This document shows positions 9,547-18,162 of a stretch of DNA of 64,000 nucleotides, piece by piece. The stretch is taken from NCBI GenBank assembly GCA_016432525.1, contig CP066693.1, forward strand, positions 614,175 through 678,174. The letters run 5' to 3'. The notes beneath the pieces are model-generated. The model was not told the origin of the DNA, did no database searches, and saw only the letters and a program-made list of their open reading frames with translations. A program made the translations under genes and the position numbers. Within the stretch, counting starts at the first letter, position 1; each line of letters starts with the position of its first letter. The stretch comes from Candidatus Woesebacteria bacterium. GTDB taxonomy: Bacteria > Patescibacteriota > Microgenomatia > UBA8517.

Positions 9547-10167
9547 GACATTTCCAGAGTGAATAATGTTTGGATTTTTAAGATTATTAGCCTTTGCTAT
9601 TTCTAACCATTTATAACCATCGCCATATGCCCTAACTGCAATTTTCCAAAGATTATCTCCATGGACAACTGTATATGTATTCTCAGTAATCTTTTGATCA
9701 ACATTACCCCCACTTACAACAATTTGACTTGGAGTAGGACTGGGCTCAGTCGTTGATTCAACACTAGGTTCAGGAGTAGGGCTTACCTCAGCAATAATTG
9801 AGGTGCTGGTTGCCTCTGGACTAGAAGACGGTTCTGCTGCTTTAGCGCTTGCTGGTATAGTCAATTTCTGACCAACCTCAATAGTTGATGGATTTTCAAT
9901 ATTATTAGCTTTGGCAATTTCTGACCATTTGAATCCATCATTATAAAACTTTTGTGATATTGACCAAAGAGTATCTCCTTTTTCAACAGTATATTCATTT
10001 GCAGATTCAGTAGTCTGTCCACTTTCAATTGAAGGAGTTGAATTCGATCTTCCTTTAAAAAAGTTTATAACTATAACTCCAATAGCCAGTATCACGAAAA
10101 TTCCTAGAGCCATACTAATTGTAGACTCGTTTAGTTTTAATGCTTTTAAAATAGACTTAAGATTCAT
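9529..10167 (-). CDS. Membrane-anchored protein with two LysM domains (peptidoglycan-binding)
   Basis: The two LysM copies read YTVEKGDTLWSISQKFY...IEVGQKLTIP and YTVVHGDNLWKIAVRAY...IHSGNVFTLP. An N-terminal TM helix and a Ser/Pro/Thr-rich linker are present. Confidence 0.85.
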   Translation of the reverse strand: MNLKSILKALKLNESTISMALGIFVILAIGVIVINFFKGRSNSTPSIESGQTTESANEYTVEKGDTLWSISQKFYNDGFKWSEIAKANNIENPSTIEVGQKLTIPASAKAAEPSSSPEATSTSIIAEVSPTPEPSVESTTEPSPTPSQIVVSGGNVDQKITENTYTVVHGDNLWKIAVRAYGDGYKWLEIAKANNLKNPNIIHSGNVFTLPR

Positions 10168-10265
10168 AAGTTTAATTAATAATCATAAGATTTAATTATG
10201 GGGCAAGATATTTATTAAGTCGCAATTTAAATCATGTGAGGTTTTGTGTCAAGAGGACTTTTATG

Positions 10266-10339
10266 CGGGGTTGACGGGGCTCGAACCCGCGACCTTTCGC
10301 GTGACAGGCGAACGCTCTAACCAACTGAGCTACAACCCC
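10266..10339 (-). tRNA. tRNA-Asp (anticodon GTC)
   Basis: Acceptor stem is ggggttg/caacccc, anticodon stem-loop is ttcgc-CTGTCAC-gcgaa, and T-arm is gcggg-ttcgagc-cccgt. The + ORF 10244-10531 is an antisense artefact of this gene. An upstream TGgTATAAT -10 lies at 10353-10361 (minus). Confidence 0.85.
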
Positions 10340-10365
10340 AAGTCTAGATTCGATTATACCATAGC

Positions 10366-10420
10366 CTCGAAAAATAAAAAACCGAAGGTCTCTGGAAATA
10401 ACAAAGAGTTATCCTTCGGT
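10366..10420 (-). terminator. Rho-independent terminator for the 10466-10786 gene
   Basis: The stem accgaagg...ccttcggt is followed on the minus strand by TTTTTTATTTTT. Confidence 0.65.
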
Positions 10421-10465
10421 GTTCAACTGCCTTGGCTAATTATGGTTCTCGTTCATTGTCTTGTT

Positions 10466-10786
10466 TTAAATCCATTTTTTGATTTTGATAATTTCATCTT
10501 CAAAGTAGTCCTCTATAGCCAATCGTATTAATGAAATTAACAAAAACAAACCGCATAAAGGTAACAAAACAATCAAAGGTTGAACGCCCAAGCTAACATC
10601 TTTGCTTGCCAGATAGAGCCAGAGTGAGAACATGTATGAGCAGGCTAAACAAAAAATTAGTATATCCATGGCATATAAAATTTTAAGCTTTCTGCCGTGA
10701 GGTTTTTTGACGCTACGTTCGAGATTGAAAGTTACTATTGCAACAATTACCAAAACCCAATTGAGAATGATATTTTCAAAGATCAC
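10466..10786 (-). CDS. Small membrane protein (3 TM), hypothetical
   Basis: GTG start preceded by GGGAGGAAG at a 5-nt spacing. Paralogous to the 10922-11221 gene. Confidence 0.45.
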   Translation of the reverse strand: MIFENIILNWVLVIVAIVTFNLERSVKKPHGRKLKILYAMDILIFCLACSYMFSLWLYLASKDVSLGVQPLIVLLPLCGLFLLISLIRLAIEDYFEDEIIKIKKWI

Positions 10787-10863
10787 GTCTTCCTCCCAAA
10801 GTCTATCCAGAGACCTTCTTATTCTATATTTTACAACTTTTTAAGAAATTGACAATCTTTCTA

Positions 10864-10899
10864 AATAAAAAACCGAAGTCTTTTTAAAAAACTTCGGTT
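10864..10899 (-). terminator. Rho-independent terminator for the 10922-11221 gene
   Basis: The stem aaccgaagt...acttcggtt is followed on the minus strand by TTTTTTATTT. The stem sequence is nearly identical to the terminator at 10366-10420. Confidence 0.65.
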
Positions 10900-10921
10900 A
10901 TGTTCTTATTATTTTCTTAAA

Positions 10922-11221
10922 TCATCTAGCACGAAATTTTCGAATTTGAATTGAAAGTTCTTTGACCAATTTAAGACTTACATAAAAAAGAACAGATACA
11001 TCCAGTAAAATCATCAGGTTGGACAGAAGATAAAAGTTAAATCCCACAATTATAATCAACTCTGACCACAAAACTCCACAAACAAGCATAAGGCTCATAA
11101 TCGCGGCAATTATTTGCCAGGATGCTCGACTACCCCTCTTCTCCAAACGACTAAAAATAATAAAGGCTAAGTAAAAAAATACGAACGCCACCCATCGCAA
11201 AGCTTGATTTTGAAAGAACAC
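10922..11221 (-). CDS. Small membrane protein (3 TM), hypothetical; paralog of the 10466-10786 gene
   Basis: GTG start with an AGGAGG Shine-Dalgarno at a 5-nt spacing. The N-terminus MFFQNQALRWVAF...RLEKRGSR aligns with MIFENIILNWVLV...NLERSVKK of the paralog. Confidence 0.45.
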   Translation of the reverse strand: MFFQNQALRWVAFVFFYLAFIIFSRLEKRGSRASWQIIAAIMSLMLVCGVLWSELIIIVGFNFYLLSNLMILLDVSVLFYVSLKLVKELSIQIRKFRAR

Positions 11222-11272
11222 TTTAGCCTCCTAGCTTCTATCTAGCAAACTTTATACCCTATATTGTGCTCC

Positions 11273-11291
11273 TTGTGAGAATTTTTTCCAA
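11273..11291 (+). promoter_or_regulatory. Candidate operator motif TTGTGAGAATTTTTTCCAA upstream of polX
   Basis: Matches 33894-33913 in the lexA divergent region at 19 of 20 positions when a 1-nt gap is allowed. Confidence 0.3.
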
Positions 11292-11337
11292 CTCACCCTA
11301 ATTTTTATTAGCAAAAATTTCAAGCTTCGCTTATAAT

Positions 11338-13119
11338 ATGGTAGTGAAGAAAAGTTTAACCAATGTTGAAATTGCAGAACTTCTAAGAGATATTGCCGCT
11401 TCTTACAAACTTAAAAACGAAGCTCAAAATCGTTTCAAAATAGTAGCTTATGAACGTGCTGCAGACTCGGTTGAGCATTTATCATCTGAACTCAAAGATA
11501 TTTGGGATGATAAAAAACTAGATGAAGTTCCTGGTATCGGTAAAAGTATTGCGGATTCTTTAGATGAACTTTTTAGAACTGGTAAATCTTCTCATTTTGA
11601 CTCTCTCTTAAAAGATTTACCCAAAGCCATGTTTGAGCTCATGAAGCTAAAAGGAGTTGGCCCTAAAAGTGCATACAGGCTTGTTACTGAGCTTAAAATT
11701 TCAAACACCAATCCATTTAAAGATTTAGAAGAAAAAATAGCTAAAAAACAAATTGAGAAACTAGAAGGCTTTGGGAAACAATCTCAAGAGGACATTAAAA
11801 AAGCTCTAGAAGAGTATAAAACAGCTAAACCTGCTCGACTGCTTCTTCCGTATGCCAGACAAATTGCAGATGAAATTATTGAATGGATGAATGAAGAAAA
11901 GTCTGTCAAGGAAATTGAAGCTTTAGGTAGTTTAAGGCGCAGTGCTTCAACTATTGGTGATATTGATCTAGCTTCCGCAACAGATAACCCTCAAAAAGTA
12001 ATTGAGAGGTTTGTAAACTACAAAAATAAAGTCAGAACTCTTGAAAAAGGGAATCATTCAGCCTCGATTTTGCTACCTGGAAATATAAGAGTTGACATTA
12101 TGGTCACACAAGTAAACAATTTTGGCTCTCTTCTTCAACATTTTACAGGCTCAAAACATCATAATATTGCCCTTCGTGAGTATGCAATCAAAAAAGGACT
12201 TAGCGTCTCAGATTACGGAATCAAAAGAAAAGAGAAACTATTAAATTTCAAAACAGAAAAAGAATTCTATAACTTTCTAGGACTTGATTATATTCCTCCT
12301 GAACTTCGCGAAGACCAAGGGGAAATTCAAAAAGCTCTTGATCATAAACTTCCTAACCTTGTTGAGATAAAAGATATTAAGGGGGATCTCCAAATTCACT
12401 CTGACTTTGATATTGAAACTAGCCATGATATAGGCCAGTCAAGCATGGAAGAAGTAATAGAAGTAGTAAATAATCTTCATTATGAATATGTAGCTTTCAC
12501 GGAACACAATCCAAGCAAAAGTAAACACAGCGAAAGCGAAATTTTGGACATATTAAAGAGGAAAAAAGAAAAAATAGAAAAAATTAATTACTCGTTAAAA
12601 GAATCTGTGAAAAAAAGAGTAAAGAAAGTTTTCAATAGCCTTGAGATTGATATACTATCAGAAGGAAACCTTCCAGTTTCAGAAAAAGCTCTCGATCTTT
12701 TAGATTTTGCCTTAGTTTCTATTCATTCATCTTTTGATCAAGAAAGAAACAAAATAACAAACCGTATTTTAAGATCCTTTGATAATCCAAAAATAAAAAT
12801 TTTCGCCCATCCAACTGCTCGTATCTTAAATAAAAGAGAAAGCATTAATGTTGATTGGGAAAAAATTTTTGAAAAAGCAAAACAAAAAAACATATACCTT
12901 GAAATTAATGCGGATCCTTCAAGGTTTGATCTCCCTGATATATTAATCCACGAAGCTCTAAAATATGGAGTTAAATTCAGCATGGGGACAGATGCTCACA
13001 ATAAAGAAGGTCTTTATAATATGAAATGGGGAATTTCCGTTGCCCGTCGTGGATGGGTAACAGAAAGTGATATAATAAACACGCTAAGTTTAGAAAAATT
13101 TGAGGAGGTGATTAAATAA
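11338..13119 (+). CDS. polX: DNA polymerase X family protein with a C-terminal PHP phosphoesterase domain (PolX)
   Basis: The N-terminal 8-kDa/HhH domain contains GIGKSIADSL and GVGPKSAYRL. A nucleotidyltransferase core follows. The C-terminal PHP domain has the DLQIHSDFD...GTDAHN motifs. Confidence 0.8.
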   Translation: MVVKKSLTNVEIAELLRDIAASYKLKNEAQNRFKIVAYERAADSVEHLSSELKDIWDDKKLDEVPGIGKSIADSLDELFRTGKSSHFDSLLKDLPKAMFELMKLKGVGPKSAYRLVTELKISNTNPFKDLEEKIAKKQIEKLEGFGKQSQEDIKKALEEYKTAKPARLLLPYARQIADEIIEWMNEEKSVKEIEALGSLRRSASTIGDIDLASATDNPQKVIERFVNYKNKVRTLEKGNHSASILLPGNIRVDIMVTQVNNFGSLLQHFTGSKHHNIALREYAIKKGLSVSDYGIKRKEKLLNFKTEKEFYNFLGLDYIPPELREDQGEIQKALDHKLPNLVEIKDIKGDLQIHSDFDIETSHDIGQSSMEEVIEVVNNLHYEYVAFTEHNPSKSKHSESEILDILKRKKEKIEKINYSLKESVKKRVKKVFNSLEIDILSEGNLPVSEKALDLLDFALVSIHSSFDQERNKITNRILRSFDNPKIKIFAHPTARILNKRESINVDWEKIFEKAKQKNIYLEINADPSRFDLPDILIHEALKYGVKFSMGTDAHNKEGLYNMKWGISVARRGWVTESDIINTLSLEKFEEVIK

Positions 13120-13700
13120 TGCCATTAATAATTTTGTTAATACTAGGTGTATTAGTTTTCTGGCTCATATCTGAATACAATTTCTTCGTTACCGCAAAAA
13201 CCAGAATTAAAGCAGCCGTCCAAGAAATTGGAAACCAATTAAAGCGTCAGGCTGACTTAATTCCTAATTTAGAAAGCTCAGTTAAAGGTTATCTAAAACA
13301 CGAAAAGGGAATTTTCAAAGATTTAACAGACGCCAGAAAGGCGATTGTTGCTGCCTCAAAATCTGGCAATCTTGAAAAAATGGCCAAAGCAGGAACTCAA
13401 TTTGCCAATGTCTTGCCACGCCTTACAATTGCGGTTGAAAGTAATCCAGAAATAAAAGGGTCAGTTGTAGTTACTGATCTTATGAACGAGTTAAGAGATA
13501 CAGCAGATAAAGTAATGTACGCTCGTCGACTCGTTATAGATTTAACAGCAGATTACAATGTCAAAAGAGTTACATTTCCAGGAAGCGTTATTGCAAATAT
13601 GTTCAAATTCGAAGAGCTTCCAGGTCTTATCACACCAGAAGAAGGTGAATTTGTAAAAGTTAGTCCCGAAGAGACAAAGACACCAAAAGTTAACATTTGA
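13119..13700 (+). CDS. lemA: LemA family protein
   Basis: An N-terminal TM helix is followed by the conserved LemA core (...KAAVQEIGNQLKRQADLIPNL...). A GAGGAGG Shine-Dalgarno lies 9 nt upstream. Confidence 0.8.
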   Translation: MPLIILLILGVLVFWLISEYNFFVTAKTRIKAAVQEIGNQLKRQADLIPNLESSVKGYLKHEKGIFKDLTDARKAIVAASKSGNLEKMAKAGTQFANVLPRLTIAVESNPEIKGSVVVTDLMNELRDTADKVMYARRLVIDLTADYNVKRVTFPGSVIANMFKFEELPGLITPEEGEFVKVSPEETKTPKVNI

Positions 13701-14632
13701 TGCAAAATTTCTACGAAGCTGTTGATTCCAACAAAAGGAAAAGCCTAATTATTGTAATAGGCTTTGCTTTGTTTATTTTTGTAGTAGTTTATGTAATATC
13801 TCAAGCCATGAGTTATTATTTTGGCTATCAGGCTGGAGGGTTAGGAATTTTTGGTGTTGCAATGATAGCCTCAGGCTTGATTAGTTTGGGAAGTTATTAT
13901 TATAGCGACAAAATAGTTTTAACTCTTTCAGGGGCGAGACCTGCAGATAGAAAAAGAGATTTTGAATACTATACAGTTGTAGAAAATCTCTGTATTGCAA
14001 CAGGTTTACCTAAGCCAAAGTTATATGTAATTAACGATAGTGCCCCAAATGCTTTTGCAACAGGTCGTGACCCCAAACACGCTGCAATTTGTACAACAAC
14101 CGGACTTTTGGACAAATTAAATAGAACTGAGTTGGAGGGAGTAATTGGCCACGAGCTCTCTCATATTAGAAATTACGATACCAGACTTATGGCAGTTGTT
14201 GCTGTAATGGTTGGAGTAGTAGCCCTTATTGGAGATTGGTTTTTAAGAATGAGTTTTTGGGGTGGGCGCAGAAGAAACGATAGGGAAGAAGGCCAACTTG
14301 GAGTAATTATAATAGTTGTAGGTTTTATCTTTGCCATACTCTCCCCGATCATTGGACAATTGATTCAACTCGCAATTTCCCGTCGTCGTGAATTTTTGGC
14401 AGATGCCTCATCTGTTGAAATAACTCATCAACCAAATGGTTTAATCTCTGCTCTTAAAAAAATTTCTTCTGACAATGAGCCACTTGAGGCAGCCAACAAA
14501 GCAACAGCTCATTTATATATAGTTAACCCTTTCAAAGAAAAAGGGCATGGAGCGGTGGGTTGGTTTGCGAATCTTTTTAATACCCATCCTCCAATTCCCG
14601 ATCGCATCAAAGCTTTGGAAAAAGTGGCCTAA
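13700..14632 (+). CDS. htpX: M48 family zinc metalloprotease HtpX
   Basis: The HELSHI (HExxH) motif sits between TM helices, and the C-terminus reads NTHPPIPDRIKAL. The track start at 13697 is a TTG; the ATG at 13700 is preferred. Confidence 0.85.
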   Translation: MQNFYEAVDSNKRKSLIIVIGFALFIFVVVYVISQAMSYYFGYQAGGLGIFGVAMIASGLISLGSYYYSDKIVLTLSGARPADRKRDFEYYTVVENLCIATGLPKPKLYVINDSAPNAFATGRDPKHAAICTTTGLLDKLNRTELEGVIGHELSHIRNYDTRLMAVVAVMVGVVALIGDWFLRMSFWGGRRRNDREEGQLGVIIIVVGFIFAILSPIIGQLIQLAISRRREFLADASSVEITHQPNGLISALKKISSDNEPLEAANKATAHLYIVNPFKEKGHGAVGWFANLFNTHPPIPDRIKALEKVA

Positions 14633-14682
14633 ATAGCTTATAATTCTCTTGTTCTTTAAATTCATATAAAAAAGAGGTAAAA

Positions 14683-15201
14683 ATGTCGATCGCCATCTTG
14701 TCCAAAGAGAAGTTTATCGAGAATTTGAATAATGCATTTTCCATTCTCACGATGGGAGATATCCTGGATAGGATATCAAAAATAAGAGATAAAGTTCCAA
14801 CAGGGCTAAATAATAGATTGTGGATACTCAAGCAAGACATCAAAGGAAATAACATAGAAACTAGTGTATCCGTCGTATTTCCATACATGGCAAAATTGCT
14901 TGCAGAGTTACTATTCGAAACAGTTTATCAAGTGGCCAGAAGCAATAAGAATGCAGCATCTGTGCTCTTTGCCATAGAAGTGAATACTCGTGCGATATAT
15001 GGCGCTGAAGATTATTACAAATTATTCGCTCCACGTTGTGGACTAGACTGCATGGATTCAGTTTACGCTGACGAAGTAATTGAAGCATTAACTGCACTAG
15101 CATTTGTTCTTGAGCCAAAAATGCTTCAAGCAATTGTAGCAAATCCAGAAGACGCAACCAAAATGATCGAAATAAGAGAACAGGAATTTAAAGGCCAATA
15201 A
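14683..15201 (+). CDS. Hypothetical protein (172 aa) with locally elevated GC
   Basis: An AGAGG Shine-Dalgarno precedes the start. No family was recognised. Its GC is visibly higher than the neighbours, and an antisense ORF (14861-15157) is also open across it. Confidence 0.4.
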   Translation: MSIAILSKEKFIENLNNAFSILTMGDILDRISKIRDKVPTGLNNRLWILKQDIKGNNIETSVSVVFPYMAKLLAELLFETVYQVARSNKNAASVLFAIEVNTRAIYGAEDYYKLFAPRCGLDCMDSVYADEVIEALTALAFVLEPKMLQAIVANPEDATKMIEIREQEFKGQ

Positions 15202-15268
15202 AATTATACTTGGGGTAACCAAAATTTAAAGTTGCCCCAAGTAGCTTCATAATGTATGATAATCATAA

Positions 15269-15547
15269 ATGTCAAAGCTAACTATTAATGAAGTTGACCA
15301 TGTTGCCAAACTTGCAAAACTTACCCTTACTCCAGAAGAAACCAAAAAATTCCAAAAACAACTCTCTGCTGTAGTTGATTACTTTAACGAACTTCAAAAG
15401 GTTGATACAACGGGTGTTGAGCCAACAAGTCAGACAACAGGTCTTTTAAATATCACACGAAATGATGAGATAGATGTTACAAATATTTTGCCTCCAAAAG
15501 ATGATTACTTTGTAGTTTCCTCTATATTAAACAAAAATGATAAATAA
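15269..15547 (+). CDS. gatC: Asp/Glu-tRNA amidotransferase subunit C
   Basis: A 92-aa protein reading ...LAKLTLTPEETKKFQKQLSAVVDYFNELQ..., lying immediately upstream of gatA. Confidence 0.8.
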   Translation: MSKLTINEVDHVAKLAKLTLTPEETKKFQKQLSAVVDYFNELQKVDTTGVEPTSQTTGLLNITRNDEIDVTNILPPKDDYFVVSSILNKNDK

Positions 15548-16949
15548 AATTCCTCAGTCAATAGAAGATTTTCAAAATGGACTAAAAAATAAATCATTTT
15601 CAGCAGTTGATCTCGTAGGTACATATCTTTCCAGAATTGAAAAATACGACAAAGATTTAAATAGTTTTATTACAATTTCTAAAGAAAAAGCATATGAAGA
15701 TGCCAAACGCACAGATAGAATTATAAATGAAAAAGGGCAAAAAGCTTTTGAAGAATATCCGCTACTCGGAGTTGTTATATCTTATAAAGATATCTACTTA
15801 ACAAAAGGGATTCGTACAACCGCCGCCTCAAAAGTTTTAGAAGGTTACATTCCTGAGTATTCGGGGACTGTTGTAAAACGCTTAGAAGAGGCTGGTTCAA
15901 TTATGATCGGAAAAACCAATTGTGATGCCTGGGCTCATGGATCCTCAGGCGAAAATTCAGATTTTGGACCAACTAAAAATCCTTGGAACAAAAATTATAT
16001 TCCAGGGGGCTCCTCGTCTGGATCTGGTGTTGCAGTTGCAGCAGATTTTTCGCTCGCCGCAATGGCTACAGACACCTGTGGCTCAATTCGCCTTCCTGCA
16101 AATTATTGTGGAGTTGTTGGCTTAAAACCTACTTATGGGTCAGTTTCTAGATATGGCGTTATTGCAATGGCCTCTTCACTTGATTCAATTGGCCATATAA
16201 CCCACACAGTTTCAGATAGCCAAAAGATTTTTGAGTGCACCAAAGGGGTAGATGGCAAAGATTCAACACTTAAAAATTCCCAAAATTTTATAGTAGGACA
16301 AAACTTAAAAATTGGTATTCCAAAAGAATTTTTCGAAGGAGGCTTAGACAACGAAGTAGAAAAATCAATTGAGGAAGCTAGAAAAGTTTTTGAAAAATTA
16401 AACATTGAGTTTGTAGAAATTACTCTCCCGTCAACAAAATATGCAATATCAACTTACTATATAATCCAACCAGCTGAAGTGTCCTCCAATTTAGGCAGAT
16501 TTGATGGAATAAGATATGGAAATGATAGAAATTTCTTTGGTGATGAAGCTAAAAGAAGAATAATGCTTGGAACATTTGTTCTTTCATCGGGCTACTATGA
16601 TGCATATTATTCAAAAGCCATGAAAATAAGAACGATCATCATAAAAGAAGTAGAAAAAGCTTTTGAAAAAGTTGATGCAATAATGGCTCCAGTTGCACCA
16701 ACTCCACCTTTTAAACTAGGCGAAAAGGTTTCAGATCCTCTTAAGATGTACTTAACCGACATTTTTGCAGCAACAGCAAATCTTTCAGGAATTCCGTCTC
16801 TTGCAATTCCATCAGGCTTAACCAAGAATAAACTCCCTTTAGGATTTCAGTTGATGGGAAAGAAATTTGAAGAAGATACCCTTTTCCATTTGGGAAAAAT
16901 GTATCAGAATAAAACTAACTTTCATGGGAATAAACCTCAAGGTTATTAA
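15537..16949 (+). CDS. gatA: Asp/Glu-tRNA amidotransferase subunit A (amidase)
   Basis: The amidase signature GGSSGGS-like stretch GGSSSGSGVAVAA is present, with Ser-cisSer-Lys triad context. Confidence 0.9.
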   Translation: MINKIPQSIEDFQNGLKNKSFSAVDLVGTYLSRIEKYDKDLNSFITISKEKAYEDAKRTDRIINEKGQKAFEEYPLLGVVISYKDIYLTKGIRTTAASKVLEGYIPEYSGTVVKRLEEAGSIMIGKTNCDAWAHGSSGENSDFGPTKNPWNKNYIPGGSSSGSGVAVAADFSLAAMATDTCGSIRLPANYCGVVGLKPTYGSVSRYGVIAMASSLDSIGHITHTVSDSQKIFECTKGVDGKDSTLKNSQNFIVGQNLKIGIPKEFFEGGLDNEVEKSIEEARKVFEKLNIEFVEITLPSTKYAISTYYIIQPAEVSSNLGRFDGIRYGNDRNFFGDEAKRRIMLGTFVLSSGYYDAYYSKAMKIRTIIIKEVEKAFEKVDAIMAPVAPTPPFKLGEKVSDPLKMYLTDIFAATANLSGIPSLAIPSGLTKNKLPLGFQLMGKKFEEDTLFHLGKMYQNKTNFHGNKPQGY

Positions 16950-18162
16950 AAATAGAAAATTTGTAAGTCTTTGGATCTCTCAGCTTTTATCCCAACTTAC
17001 AATAAATATGTTAAGTTTTTTGATCCTTGTTCGACTCTACGAACAAACAGGCTCAAGTATTGCAACATCGCTTTTATGGATTTCATATACGATCCCCGCG
17101 TTGATCGTTGGCCCATTTGCAGCAGCCTTGGTTGACTGGATTGATAGAAGAAAAACTTTGATGATCACCAATTTTCTTCAGGCAACAATTGTTTTAATTT
17201 ATGCATTTGTCTCGGGTAGACATATAATTTTTCTTCCTTATGCACTCGTTTTTACCTATTCCTTCCTAAATCAATTTTATGTCCCAGCTGAAGCAGCAAC
17301 CCTTCCAAGCGTTGTCGAAAAAAAAGATCTTCCTGAGGTAAATGGCTTATTTTTTTTGACACAACAAGCTTCCCTTATGTTAGGCTTTGGTCTTTCTGGA
17401 ATTTTAGTAAAACTGGTTGGTTTTAAAGTAAGTGCGATAATTGCAGCCGTAAATCTTTTTATTGCATTTATCAGTGTCAGTTTCCTTCCAAAACAAAAGT
17501 CCAGAAAAATTATTTTCTCTAAAGACATAGAGGATCAAATTACTAAATTCTTCAAAGAAATAGTTGAAGGCTATAGATTTATTAAAGACAATTCAAATAT
17601 TTTATCTCCCTTTTTACTACTTTTGGTTTTGCAGGTTCTTTTATCAGTAATTCTAGTTAGCCTTCCGGTAATAGCAACTCAAATAGTAAAAGTAAAAGCC
17701 AACGATTCAGGGCTTTTAATAGTAACACCGGCCTCAATCGGAGCTGTTGCGGCAACTTTAAGTATTACAAAAATGCTTAAAGGCCGTGTTCGAAAGAAAA
17801 ACGTAATTGAAGGGGCCCTCGCCCTACTTAGCCTTAATCTAATTGCAATTTTGTTTATTCAATTTATAGAAGGCCCCTTCAAAATTTTCGCTTCATTAAT
17901 TTTATTTGCAACGATCGGCTATCTTTTCGTCACAAGTTTAATTCCTTCTATCACTTTTCTTCAGGAACAAACTCCCGGGGGCCTTATGGGCCGAGTTTTT
18001 GGTAATTTCTGGTTTCTAGCATCTCTTGCAACACTTTTTCCAGTGATTCTTTCTGGAACTATTGCAGATATCTTAGGAGCAGATTCAATTATTCTTATTT
18101 TGAGTTTTATTCTTTTAACAATATTTGTTTTATCTAAGGTATATAATAAGATTTCGATATGA
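16924..18162 (+). CDS. MFS transporter
   Basis: Twelve predicted TM helices with MFS-like loops. The gene is inserted between gatA and gatB. The ATG at 16924 is preferred over the track start, which would overlap gatA by 83 nt. Confidence 0.7.
   Translation: MGINLKVIKNRKFVSLWISQLLSQLTINMLSFLILVRLYEQTGSSIATSLLWISYTIPALIVGPFAAALVDWIDRRKTLMITNFLQATIVLIYAFVSGRHIIFLPYALVFTYSFLNQFYVPAEAATLPSVVEKKDLPEVNGLFFLTQQASLMLGFGLSGILVKLVGFKVSAIIAAVNLFIAFISVSFLPKQKSRKIIFSKDIEDQITKFFKEIVEGYRFIKDNSNILSPFLLLLVLQVLLSVILVSLPVIATQIVKVKANDSGLLIVTPASIGAVAATLSITKMLKGRVRKKNVIEGALALLSLNLIAILFIQFIEGPFKIFASLILFATIGYLFVTSLIPSITFLQEQTPGGLMGRVFGNFWFLASLATLFPVILSGTIADILGADSIILILSFILLTIFVLSKVYNKISI

Noticed and set aside
10244-10531. 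A 95-aa + strand ORF
   Set aside because: It is the antisense of tRNA-Asp plus intergenic sequence, it starts at a TTG, and it has no protein features.
14861-15157. A 98-aa antisense ORF inside the 14683-15201 gene
   Set aside because: It has no start context or Shine-Dalgarno and is probably open because of the locally higher GC. The sense ORF has an RBS.
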